A stretch of 52,091 nucleotides of DNA from Octopus sinensis (taxonomy: Eukaryota). Positions 1-10,834 of the stretch are shown piece after piece. The notes below the pieces were generated by a model. It ran no database searches. It was not told where the DNA came from and worked only from the letters and a program-made list of their open reading frames with translations. The position numbers were made by a program, and so were the translations under genes. The stretch covers positions 1 to 52,091 of the forward strand of contig NW_021834430.1 in NCBI RefSeq assembly GCF_006345805.1, in the 5' to 3' direction. Position 1 is the stretch's first letter; every line of letters begins with the position of its first letter.

Positions 1-16
1 CAGATGTATTAGTTTG

Positions 17-95
17 GCGCTCGGGAAGGTGAGAAAGTCTTTTACGTTTCGAGCCTACGCTCTTTAGCAGAAAGGAACACGATGAAATAAACAGA
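17..95 (-). mobile_element. Penelope-type terminal repeat fragment with decayed hammerhead ribozyme motif
   Basis: Minus strand reads CTTT-CTGCTAAA-GAGC-GTAG-GCTC-GAAA-CG-TA-AAAG. Stem II and a 4-bp stem I are intact, but the core is CUGCUAA instead of CUGANGA. Downstream sequence (TTCCCGAGCG..TAATAC) resembles the copy at 14661-14790. Confidence 0.5.
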
Positions 96-99
96 GAGA

Positions 100-151
<52 letters not shown>

Positions 152-339
152 ATATATATATTTTGATCTTAGTGATTTCAAAGTTTCGGTCGGTATGTTA
201 ACGCATTCAAATTATTCATTGATTTTATGTCAATAAAACATTCGTTTAACTACACACACACACTACAGATTTTTTAAAATTCTTTACTTGTTTCAGTCAT
301 TGTGCTGCGGTCCTGGATTCTGTGGTCCCCTGTCCCTAG

Positions 340-485
340 ACCAAAACGGTGGTCCGTCACAAGGATATTCATTCTTGCCACCTGAGTGGACTACTAAAGA
401 ACACAATGCATCACCCGGTCCAGGAATCGAAACCACAATCTTATGATCAGGAAAGCAACACCCTAACCGCTAAGCCAAAAGCTCC
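340..485 (-). mobile_element. tRNA-derived SINE family D, internally deleted
   Basis: Reverse head GGCTTAGCGGTTAGGGTG..GGTTTCGATTCCTGGACCGGG with A/B boxes; matches 19320-19470. Confidence 0.7.
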
Positions 486-624
486 GCCCCGGTGGTTTCA
501 TAACGGTGAGTGTGTGAACGTGTGTACATTCTGCGTCAGTTAAGAAACAGTGACGAGTGAAAGTTTTGTAAATAAAATTATAAGCTATCGACATATATGG
601 TTTCAAATTTTTGTCACACGGACA

Positions 625-1290
625 GCTTAGGGGAGGTTGGGACGAGTCGATTACATCGACCCCAGTATTCAACTGGTACTTATTTTATCGACCCCGAAAG
701 AATGAAAGGCAAAGTCAACCTCGACGGAATTTGAACTCAGAACGTAGCAACGACGGGTGGAATTCCGCTAACTATTTCATCCAGCTCGCCGCCTTTTTGT
801 GTTCGCCATATATTCTTTTCTATTCTAGGCACAAGGCCCGAAATTTTGGGGGAGGGGCCTGTCGATGAGATCAACCCCAGTACATAATTGGTATTTAATT
901 TATCGACCCCGAAAGAATGAAAGGCAATGTCGACCTCGGTGGAATTTGAACGCAGAACTTAAAAAGCTGACGAAATGCCGCTATGCTAACGATTCTGCTA
1001 GCTTACCGCCTTTTTGTTTTCGTAATATATTGAGCATGGAAAATAGTTTAGTATGAGGGCAGATGTAAAGCGTCGAGATGGCAAAATCGTTAGCAAAATG
1101 CGTAGCGGCATTTCGTCCGTCTTATACGTTCTGTGTTCAAATTTCGCTAAGGTTGACTTTGCCTTTCATCCTTTCAGGGTCGATAAATTAAGTACCAGTT
1201 GTGCACTGGGGTTGATGTATCTACTTACTCCCTCGTCCGAACTTGCTGGCTCTGTGCCAAAACTTGAAACCAATATTAAGGCAAATAAAC
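625..1290. mobile_element. Three SINE family A copies (two minus, one plus)
   Basis: Conserved GAGTTCAAATTCCGCCGAGGTCGACTTTGCCTTTCATCCTTTCGGGGTCGATAAA core seen at more than 20 places in the window. Confidence 0.85.
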
Positions 1291-1339
1291 CCCCGACGGA
1301 AAAATATATGGCCATTAGTTACACGTGAGAACCCACACA

Positions 1340-1730
1340 TCTCATCTTTTACTTGTTTCATTCATTTGACTGCGGACATGCTGGGGCACCGCTTTGAAGA
1401 GCGTTGCGTCGAACAACTCGGTCTCAGGACTTAAATTTGTTAAAGCTTGACATTCATTCTATCGGTTTCTTTTGCCGAACCGCTAAGTTACGGGGACGTA
1501 AACACACCAACACCGGTTGTCAAGCGGTAGGCAGGGGGATAAACACAGACACAGGGACACGCACACGAATAGATATATACATACATATATATATACGACA
1601 GGCTTCTTTCAGTTTCCGTCAACCAAATCCACTCACAAGGCTTTGGTTGGTCTGAGACCAGAGCAGATGACACTTGCCCAGAGTGCCTCGTAGTGACACT
1701 GAACCTGGAACCATGTGGTTCGAAAGTGTG
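1340..1730 (-). mobile_element. SINE family B (bipartite, internal microsatellite)
   Basis: Reverse complement of 4325-4740 over about 390 nt. Confidence 0.85.
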
Positions 1731-2056
1731 TTTATCAAAGAAAACAGTAAGCGCATTTCTATATTGATTCGTTATTTTCTTCTTCCTCCTTGTTCTCTAT
1801 TTCCCTGTCTTTCTCCTCCTCTTTTTGTCTTTGTGCATACGGACCATGAAAAATCAGAGAGAAACCATGTTCCACTTGATGGACAGTCGTCGTCGTTGCC
1901 AACGTCAAGAGACAATCATCTCCAACAACGATTAATTGAGCCACTAAACATGTGATTACTTCTGACATTGACTGACAAAAAATTACGCAAAATTTAAAAC
2001 AAACAACAAAAGCAGCGACGACAAGAACCACAAAAAAAAACCACACGAAAAAACAG

Positions 2057-2075
2057 CACCACCACCACCACCACC

Positions 2076-2132
<57 letters not shown>

Positions 2133-2136
2133 AATA

Positions 2137-2175
<39 letters not shown>
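2057..2175. repeat. Compound (CAC)n(CAA)n(TAA)n microsatellite
   Basis: Read directly from sequence. Confidence 0.95.
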
Positions 2176-2362
2176 GGATAATAATTTGTAAATCAGTCAT
2201 TACGGACAGTATGTCGTTAAACAATGTTAATAATATATAATGGCGATGTGGTTGAAGGTATTTTTGACTGAATCTTTCCCGTTGAGGTCACACAGTGGTT
2301 TTGTGAGAAGTTCACACCACAGTCACTGAATAATACAACACAACATTAAAGGATAGTGTTAT

Positions 2363-2393
<31 letters not shown>

Positions 2394-2401
2394 ACACATA
2401 C

Positions 2402-2433
<32 letters not shown>

Positions 2434-2601
2434 TATATGCGTGTATATGTATGAATGAATGTGAAGATATGTCTGTCTAAAATATGATATAGTCCTTTAA
2501 AAATAAAACATCGTTACTTCAGTTCTCATATTTAGTTCATAAAACAAGGTCAAGCCATACACACACACACACCCACACACATACAAACATAGACATATAT
2601 A

Positions 2602-2669
<68 letters not shown>

Positions 2670-2831
2670 ATATATATATATATATATATATAGATTTCCG
2701 TTTAACCAGCTGTTAGAACTCAATATACTTATGTTTTAGAGCGTTAGTCAAGTATAGAGAGTAATGTTAATTAATAATTAATGAATCACAAGAGAACAGG
2801 TGTCACGTAATCACGTTCAATAGCCTAGATC

Positions 2832-2931
2832 TGTTTCTGCAATAAAATACTGTTCACTCAGAGCTGAGTGCTTGTGTAATATCCTATAGCTTCCTCGGAG
2901 CCTGAGTGCACAGAATCTTATTGCAGAAACA
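2832..2931. repeat. 100-nt imperfect palindrome (hairpin or small MITE)
   Basis: Arms 2833-2861 and 2902-2930 are complementary at 26/29 positions, with a 40-nt spacer. Confidence 0.8.
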
Positions 2932-3520
2932 ACTGTAAATTAATAAATGCGATGATATAACTCTTCTTCCCATTTCATATATATATATATATGTGTGTGT
3001 GTATGTGTGTGTATGTATGTATGTATATATATATATATTTGAAGATAAGCATATTATAATATGTGATATAAGTCCTTTAAAGGTAATAAATTGTCACGTC
3101 AATTTCATTCTTACGTAGGTAAGTAAAGAAAGACAGAGTGTACAGCTTTGGTAATCGTCTGAAGATCACTTGCTTTTTTTAATTTTAAACTCGTATAAAA
3201 CTTGAATTAACGATGTATTACATTTAAAGGACTATATCACTTGGAATTCCATCAATTTTAAGAATGTACTATAGCATCTTCATATGATGAATTCAGCGGG
3301 AAGAGAAATGTATATGTGGTGGCTTTCAATGCTTTCTTATTGGTATTAATGACATACATAATGCGGATTAGCTATTTGTATTTACATATTTTCAGATTGC
3401 TTAAACAGGAGAGGAATAAAGGGCATAGAAAGATGGCGGCATTAATAAAGTGACATGAAATGTGCTAACCACAGCCGTCTCTATTCCTTCCCAATAAAAT
3501 GGCGTAGATGCAAAGCCTAC

Positions 3521-3693
3521 CTTATCTTCCGAAATTTCTTCCGTGATACGGGTCGTCTGTCGCTACCTCTACACTCCCTGCCATCAGGGCCACATACAAA
3601 TGTGGCTTCGATTCCTTTTTCAGATACTCTCCATTCAAATTCCACCCGTTCTCCATCCGCTAGGCTTCGGAATCCGGATTTGTGAATGACAGA
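3521..3693 (-). CDS. lin28: LIN-28 internal coding exon (C-terminal half of cold-shock domain plus basic linker)
   Basis: Translates to SVIHKSGFRSLADGERVEFEWRVSEKGIEATFVCGPDGRECRGSDRRPVSRKKFRKI plus AG of Arg, co-linear with LIN28 SKLHMEGFRSLKEGEAVEFTFKKSAKGLESIRVTGPGGVFCIGSERRP. Polypyrimidine tract and TTTTCCAG acceptor (phase 0), AG|GTAGGC donor (phase 2); 173 = 57x3+2 nt, no stops. Confidence 0.93.
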
Positions 3694-3867
3694 CTGGAAA
3701 ACAAAACAAATGATAAAAATAAAGTATTCAATATTATTCAGAAAAAATATTTCTAGAAAAACTTTTCGAGATTTTTAACGGAATAATAAAAAAATAATAA
3801 TAATAATAATCGATTACACCGACTACCCCGCTCCTTAATTACCAGTCTTGTGCTGAAATTTGAGACA

Positions 3868-3900
<33 letters not shown>

Positions 3901-3904
3901 ATTG

Positions 3905-4290
3905 AGCTTGCAGAATCGTTAGCATGCCGGAAAAAATGCATTAGTGACATTTCTTCCGACTTTATGAGGTTGACTTAGCCTTTCATCCTTTTGGGGTTAA
4001 TAAAAAACGTACCAGTCGAGCGATGGGATAGGTGTAATCGACTGACCCCACTTCCAAAAAAATCTGAGGCCTTGTGCCTATAATAAAAAGAATTGGCAGC
4101 AAGCTGGCAGAATCGTTAGCACACCGTGCAAAATGCTTCAACGCTCTGAGTTCAAATTTCGTAGAGGTCGACTTTGTCTTTCATCCTTTCGGAGCCGATA
4201 AAATAAGTACCAGTTGAACACTGGAGTCGATGTAATTCACTTATATCCGAAACTTGCTGGCCTTGAGCCAAATGCGAAACCATAATTGTT
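3905..4290 (+). mobile_element. Two adjacent SINE family A copies
   Basis: Heads GAGCTTGCAGAATCGTTAGCA and AAGCTGGCAGAATCGTTAGCA plus the family A core. Confidence 0.85.
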
Positions 4291-4324
4291 GTTGTTGTTG
4301 TTGTGATCAATAAATATCCTTATC

Positions 4325-4740
4325 AGGAGTGGCTGTGTGGTAAGTAGCTTGTTTACCAACCACACGGTTCCGGGTTCAGTCCCACTGCGTGGCACCTTGG
4401 GCAAGTGTCTTCTACTGTAGCCTTGGGCCGACCAAAGCCTTGTGAGTGGATTTGGTAGACGGAAACTGAAAGAAGTCCGTCGTATATATGTATATATATA
4501 TATATATATATGCGTGTGTGTGTTTGTGTGTCTGTGTTTGTCCCCCTAGCATTGCTTGACAACCGATGCTGGTGTGTTTATGTCCCCGTTACTTAACGGT
4601 TCGGCAAAAGAGACCGATAGAATAAGTACTGGGCTTACAAAAGAATAAGTCCCGGGGTCGAGTTACTCGATTAAAGGCGGTGCTCCAGCATGGCCGCAGT
4701 CATATGACTGAAGCAAATAAAAGAGTAAAAGAGTAAAAGA
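4325..4740 (+). mobile_element. SINE family B, full length
   Basis: tRNA-like head (GGCTGTGTGGTAAG..GGGTTCAGTCCC), CORE-like CCTTGGGCAAGTGTCTT, central (TA)n(TG)n, second half ending in (GTAAAAGA)n. Confidence 0.9.
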
Positions 4741-5486
4741 GTTATCAAATTTTGAAGACTTTTAACGTAGATACAATGGCATAACCTTCGAAACCGAGAG
4801 ACGATCGATATTTTGTATTTTCTACGGGCTAAGTCTGGAGGAAGGGACAGGGCCCACGTCCATAATGGGTACTTTATTTTATAGACTTCGGGTGGATGAA
4901 AAACATAAAGACAAACACAGCAAGAATTTAAACCCAGGACGTAAAGACACACGTAAGTTGACACCACAAGACATTTCATCCATCGCCCCCCCCCCATACA
5001 CACACACATTCTAATACCCACCACTACCGTCGATAAGAACAACAACAACAACAGCAAAAGAGGGATGTTCATAAAAAAGGGTGAGGGGTGCATAGTGGAG
5101 ACCAATTTTAGAGCGGAAATGTTAGACATGGATGAAATGTTTGAAAAAAATACCTGACCTCATTTCGTATCAATTTTAACCTTTCTGTCTAACCCAAAGG
5201 AAAATAAAGATAAATAGCTCGTGTTACACATCGCTATGCGGGCAGGAGTTGGCAGGATCGGTAAAAAATCATTGAGTATTAACGCACGTCATTTTACGTT
5301 CTGTGTTCAAATCCCATTCCAGGATCAAACTTGTTTTAGATCTTCCTTGTGCTGTGTGAGGATCGGTTTGTCAAAGAACAAACCCAACGTTTCCTCTGCG
5401 CATCATAAAAAGGCGACTAAATGAGGTTGAGGAGAAAGGACTTGCATTTCGATCTCACAAAACCTTCACCAGCAACGACAAAGTAG

Positions 5487-5860
5487 AGGCGCAATGGCCC
5501 AGTGGTTAGGGAAGCGGACTCATGCGGTTTCGATTCCCAGACCGGGCGTTGTGTGTGTTTATTGAGCGAAAACACCCAAAGCTCCTCGAGACTCCGGCAG
5601 GGCGTGGTGGCGACCCCTGTTGTACTCTTTCGCTCTAACTTTCTCTCACTCTTTCTTCCTGTTTCTTGTCTCCGACTTCTTCCTACGCAACCTCTGAGCC
5701 TGGATACGCATTCATCCATCCGTCGATGCTCTCGGTGTCGGGGGTTGACCTGCTTTCTCTTCTGCAGGTCTTACGAATAGCAAAGGACCACATTTCGGAC
5801 TTCTCCCACTGCGAGCACTGGGACGAAGACCAGTTCGCTCAACAAACAAACAAACAAACC
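5487..5860 (+). mobile_element. tRNA-derived SINE family C with (AAAC)n-ending tail
   Basis: GAGGCGCAATGGCCCAGTGGTTAGG..GGTTTCGATTCCCAGACCGGG head; body shared with 6660-6824 and 7950-8143. Confidence 0.8.
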
Positions 5861-6019
5861 AGCAACGACAACCCAAGACAGATCCACGGGCTAGAGGGTT
5901 GTCGCCCGAGTGATGCTAAGGCGTCATCCGCCAGGAACAAGGAATCACCAACGAATGGTGGATGCGGCAGCACACTGTTACAGCTCATGCCACATATTTA
6001 AAAAAAGCCCTTTCAGTCA

Positions 6020-6345
6020 TGAATGACCATGGGATTGCACCTAGAAAGTTCCCATCCGAGGCACTAGTCTGGGCAAGGTTGTTTATGGAAGACCAGCAGT
6101 CGTCCGTGCATATCAGCCTCTGCTCTCCATGCCACGGATGTTAACCAAAAGAAAGGCAAAGGGGCCGATACAGCTTGGCATCAGTGACGTCACAACTCAT
6201 TTCTACAGCTGAGTGAACTGGAGCAACATGAAATAAAGTGTCTTGCTCAAGAACACAGCATACAGCTCGGTCCGGGAATCGAATTCACTACCTCATGATT
6301 ATGAACACGACCCTCTAGCCACTGAGCCATTTGCCTTCATATGCC
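6020..6345 (-). mobile_element. SINE family D (CORE-like) with RTE-like tail
   Basis: Reverse head, TTCTTGAGCAAGACACTTTATTTC..CACTCAGCTGTAGAAATGAG CORE-like domain, distinct 3' tail. Confidence 0.75.
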
Positions 6346-6569
6346 ACATATTACTACTACGACTACTTGGGAATAAACTTAGTTACTGTGAAGTACATCC
6401 TGTGGTTGCATTTCTACAACGAAATGTGTCGCCTTCTTTCTGTTACTGACCACAGTTAGCCACCACACCCGTGCTAACAGTCGGTGTGCGAGTGAAGGGC
6501 CTTTATTAGTTAGCAGTAAATGCTGTTTGGCAACTGCGCGAAGCGCAATATCTATGACAAGAAAATTAT

Positions 6570-6824
6570 TTATTTATTTATGCGCCCTTTTCAAGCCTAA
6601 TCAGGCTCATGGGCCCGGTTTCCCGGTTTCTGTGGCATATGTGCTCCCCCCGGAGGAGAGAGTGAGAGAAAGTTGGGTCAAAAGAGTACAACAGGGGTCG
6701 CCACCACCTTCTGCCGGAGCCTCGTGGAGCTTTAGGTGTTTTCGCTCAATAAACACACACAACGCCCGGTCTGGGAATCGAAACCGCGAGTCCGCTGTCC
6801 CAACCACTGGGCTATTGCGCCTCC
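6570..6824 (-). mobile_element. SINE family C joined to GAAACCGGGCCCATGAGCC tail
   Basis: Family C head and body; tail matches 19220-19285. Confidence 0.75.
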
Positions 6825-7174
6825 TGTGACAAGAAAATATTGAAACATTTCTTTTAGGAATTCATGATCTGCTTTTTCTCGTTCTTGCCTCGAACTCATG
6901 TAATTTCTGAAAACCTGTGTCTTTTAGAATTTAAACACATTGAAATTAAGTACCAGACATATACTGGTTCCGCGCGCGCGCGCGCGTGTGTGTGTGTACA
7001 GTGAGAGACATACACACAGGTAGACAAACAGACAGAGATTACGTGTATATGTGTATGTGATATCGAAAGTGAAAAAGCAAATACGAAATACTTCCCAACG
7101 GCTTACTAAAACAGCCACTCTTCCATTCCTCCTCCTCCTACTACTAATAATAATAATAATTTTTTATTTAGGCA

Positions 7175-7550
7175 CAAGGCCTGGAATTTGTGGGGAAGGG
7201 GATAGTCCATCAGATCGATCCCAGTACTTGATTGGTAGTTAACTTATCGACCCCGAAAGGATGAAAGGCAAAGTCGACCTCGGCGGAATTTGAACTCAAA
7301 ACGTAAAGACGGACGAAATACCACTAAGCATTTTTGACCGGCGTGCTAACGATTCTCCCAGCTCACCATTTTATTAACAATAATACTAAATGCACAGGCC
7401 TGAAAATTTGGGGGAGGGGGCTAGTCGATTATATCGACGTCGAAAGAATGAAAGGCAAAGTTGACCTCGGCGGAATTTGAACTCAGAATATAAAGACTTA
7501 TGAAATGCCGCAAAGCATTTTAACGATTCTGCCTGTTCGCCGCCTTAATG
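7175..7550 (-). mobile_element. Two SINE family A copies
   Basis: Reverse family A core present twice. Confidence 0.85.
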
Positions 7551-7724
7551 ACAATAATAATAATTTTATCATATATATTGGGGAGCAGGCATGGCTCTGT
7601 AGGTTAAGATGGTTTGTTTGCAAACATTTTGTTTAAGTTCGATTCATGTGTGCGAGAAAATTTATCCATCAGATTTATATCTGACTGTACCTGTTTGTGC
7701 CCATTTATGTAAATAAGTGTAATA

Positions 7725-8277
7725 CCGTAATTCCTCACGATATCGCGGTTCATCTACTGCTGTTCACCTATCGCGGTTTATTATTTAAGCTTACGTCAAT
7801 TCCTCTGTGGTGTTGTTTTGCATTTATAATAAAATAAATATATCACCGTGACCGACCAGGCTATCATATGTTGTTACACATCGCTGGTCACAATGCGCTT
7901 CGCATTGTTTTAGCCTTCAAATGACGCCACCCCGCTGGCTAAGCGAGCAGGCCAACAGAAGAAAGAGTGAGAGAATGTTGTGGCGAAAGCGTACAGCAGG
8001 GATCACCACCACCCCCTGCCGGAGCCTCGTGGAGTTTTAGGTGTTTTCGCACAATAAACATTCACAACGCCCGGTCTGGGAATCGAAACCACGATCCTAC
8101 GATCGCGAGTCCGCTGCCCTAACCACTAGGCCATTGCGCCTCCAAAATAAATATATACAAATTATAAAAATAATTTTAAAAAAACAATATACAGTACAGT
8201 ACTGTTTCTACTTCGAGGATTTTCAGTTATCGCGGAGGTTTGGGAATGTAATACCCGCGATAGTCGAGGGATTGCTG
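7725..8277. mobile_element. Tigger/pogo-like MITE
   Basis: Imperfect TIRs (CCGTAATTCCTCACGATATCGCGG and CCCGCGATAGTCGAGGGATTGCTG) with TA flanks at 7723-7724 and 8278-8279. Confidence 0.7.
7844..8143 (-). mobile_element. SINE family C, full length, nested in the MITE
   Basis: 13-bp TSD AAAATAAATATAT at 7831-7843 and 8144-8156; tRNA-like head TGGAGGCGCAATGGCCTAGTGGTTAGGGCAGCGGACTCGCG. Confidence 0.9.
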
Positions 8278-9126
8278 TACTTGAAAGTATTTATGCCACT
8301 AAAAGAATATAACGCAATGAGTGATGTGAATAGAGTCAATATAAGTGAGTAAAACCATAGCATGGTCGCTGTCATGTGACTGAAACTGGTCGACAAAAAG
8401 TACACACACGCGCGCGCGCGCATATACACGTCAACATGGCCGGGTGTTCTCAGTCGCCAGACTCAAGGCGTAATTCCTTTATCCAGGACAAAGAGTATTC
8501 TGATCCACGAATGCCCGTCGTGACAACATTTTTTTTTAGATAACGGCATTGCCCCAGCATGGCTGTAGCTCTCAAACCGAAACTAGTAGATATATACAAC
8601 ACACACACACACACACACATGTATATAATTACTACGTGATGGACAATGCGACGACGGCGAACATTACCGCCATCGTTACATCCTCAATTACCGTTAATAC
8701 CCTCGCCTTCACAAACAAAAATATCCCATAATCCAATATTTTATCTACGATTACAAGCAACGGTGATTATATTTTAAACATTAATGATCAACAACAAACA
8801 TGGCCGCCATATCATCTTTGTATGATTAGCGCATATCATTAAATTGCTTCTTGTTACAGCTGTCGTCGTCGGCGTTATTGTGTATGTGTGTACGTGTGTG
8901 TGTGTGGATGTAAGACGGAAATACAAACACACACAAATAAATATAAATATATGTGTGTATGAGAGAGAGAGTGTGTGTGTGTGCGAGTGAGTGAGTGAAT
9001 TTGTGCGTAAGCCTGTCATACATGTATGTCTTTATATATATATATCATGTATGTATATACATATATAAATATGTAATGTATTATATACATGTGCATACAT
9101 ATATATATATACAAGTATGTATATAT

Positions 9127-9215
9127 AGGACCTCCGTAATGCCATGATGGACCGTGAAGTCTGGCGTAGCATGGTAAACTCCATTGTCTCGACCACGGTC
9201 GAACAATGATGATGA
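9127..9215 (+). mobile_element. RTE-clade LINE 3' end fragment
   Basis: Translates DLRNAMMDREVWRSMVNSIVSTTVEQ* followed by (GAT)n; typical RTE C-terminal DR..WR..V motif. Confidence 0.65.
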
Positions 9216-10464
9216 TGACAATGTATGTGTGTGTGTGTGTGTGCATGTGTATTTTTGTCGTACACCATCGCTTGAAGCCAGGTGTTGGTTTGTTTACGTC
9301 CACATAACTTAACAGCTGGTAAAAGAGTCCGATTGGGTAAGTATGAGAATTCTTATTTAAAAAAAAAAAAAAGCCCTGGAGTTGATTTGGTTTATGTGGT
9401 CGACTAAAATCGTTCAAGACGGAGCTCCAGTATGGCCGCACTCCAATGAGTGAAACAAGCAAAAAGATCAAACGATAAAAAAAAACAAAAACAAACAAAC
9501 AAACAAGAAAGATGTATCTTTAACAGAATCAACGTGGTCGTGTTTAAGTTGCGATTTAACATTTTTTTTTAAGTGGAAAAGAGTCGAAGAATTGCAGTAC
9601 ATGTGGCCTATTTCGAAAGTAAGTAGCAGCAGCAGCAGTAACTGCATCAATGCAAGTAACAACAGCAACAAAAGAGGCAAAAAAAATTAAATGATAATAT
9701 TTAAAAAGAAAAAAATGGCTGTTGCTTTTGTCATCGTTTATCGCTGTGCCATTTTCTGCCCTGCTAAATTTGGCTGCTTACTGTTGCGACTGATGCTGCA
9801 GTTATTGTTGTTGCTGTTGTTGTTGTTGCTGCTGCAGCAGTAGTAGTAGTAGTAGTAGCAGTAGTTGTAGTATTTATTTTTGTTGTTGTTGTTGTTGCTG
9901 CCGCTGCTGCTGCTGCACCAAATGCGCCGTACGCAAGAAATAGCTCGACATTCAACGTTACAATTTGCTGTCCCACATCGCTCGTCCTTCTCCCTCCTCT
10001 CCTCGCCCCTCCTCTCTTCTTACTTTTAAAGTTGGTTCTATTCTTAAAGACAAAACAAAACAAAAAAAACCCAAAAAACAAACCTAAAAATAAAAAATAA
10101 GATAAATATTGGTTTTAAATATAAGAACAGGACCTTGAATCTAGAGAAATGTTATCAGAATCGTTTACACAGACCCCAATATGGTATTGTTATTTTATTT
10201 TATCGACCCCTGGGAAAGTAAAATGGAAACTTGACCTCAACTGAATCTGAACTTTGAACCCAGAGCAGGAAAAGAATATCGCAATTTAGAGAAGGGTTAT
10301 GGTTACAATCGATTATGTAGAACCTAATATGGTATCGTTGCTTTGTTTTATCGACCCCAGGAAGAATGAAAGGCAAACTTGACCTCGATTGCAGTTGAAC
10401 TTTGAACATAGGACATAAAGAGCTGATAGAACTACTGTCGAATATTTTGGCCGCGTCTTTAACG

Positions 10465-10695
10465 CAGTGGTTCTGGGCCCATATGACCCGAGGGGATCCA
10501 TGGAAGACTTTGTTGTTAAAATTTATGTGCATTATATTCGTTGACAAAAATATTTTAATATTTTCTATACAATTCCTAAGAAATTTAATTAAAAAAATAT
10601 AAGATTTTTAAAAACACCGAATGACTATCAGAGTCTACCCGAATAAACAAGGAATCGAATGGAGCCATACGTAAAAATAGGACTGAGAACCACTT
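10465..10695. mobile_element. hAT-type MITE
   Basis: CAGTGGTTCT / GAGAACCACT termini; 8-bp flanks CTTTAACG and CTCTAACG (7/8 match). Confidence 0.75.
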
Positions 10696-10834
10696 CTCTA
10701 ACGGTTCGACCAATTCCCCACCCTTATTGCGTCTAAAATAACCACAAAGCTAGAAATTAGTTGCAGAGTGATTAGTAGGTTAAATCGCCCCAGTAGGTGA
10801 CTGGTACTCTATTGTATCAACAGTAAAAAGCAGA

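Noticed and set aside
5487-5560. tRNA-like sequences at SINE heads (also 8070-8143, 29570-29625, 50460-50525)
   Set aside because: A/B boxes are present, but no complete cloverleaf, and they continue into SINE bodies; not tRNA genes.
6184-6193. GTGACGTCAC CRE palindrome
   Set aside because: Lies inside a SINE D copy and is probably a chance product of its sequence.
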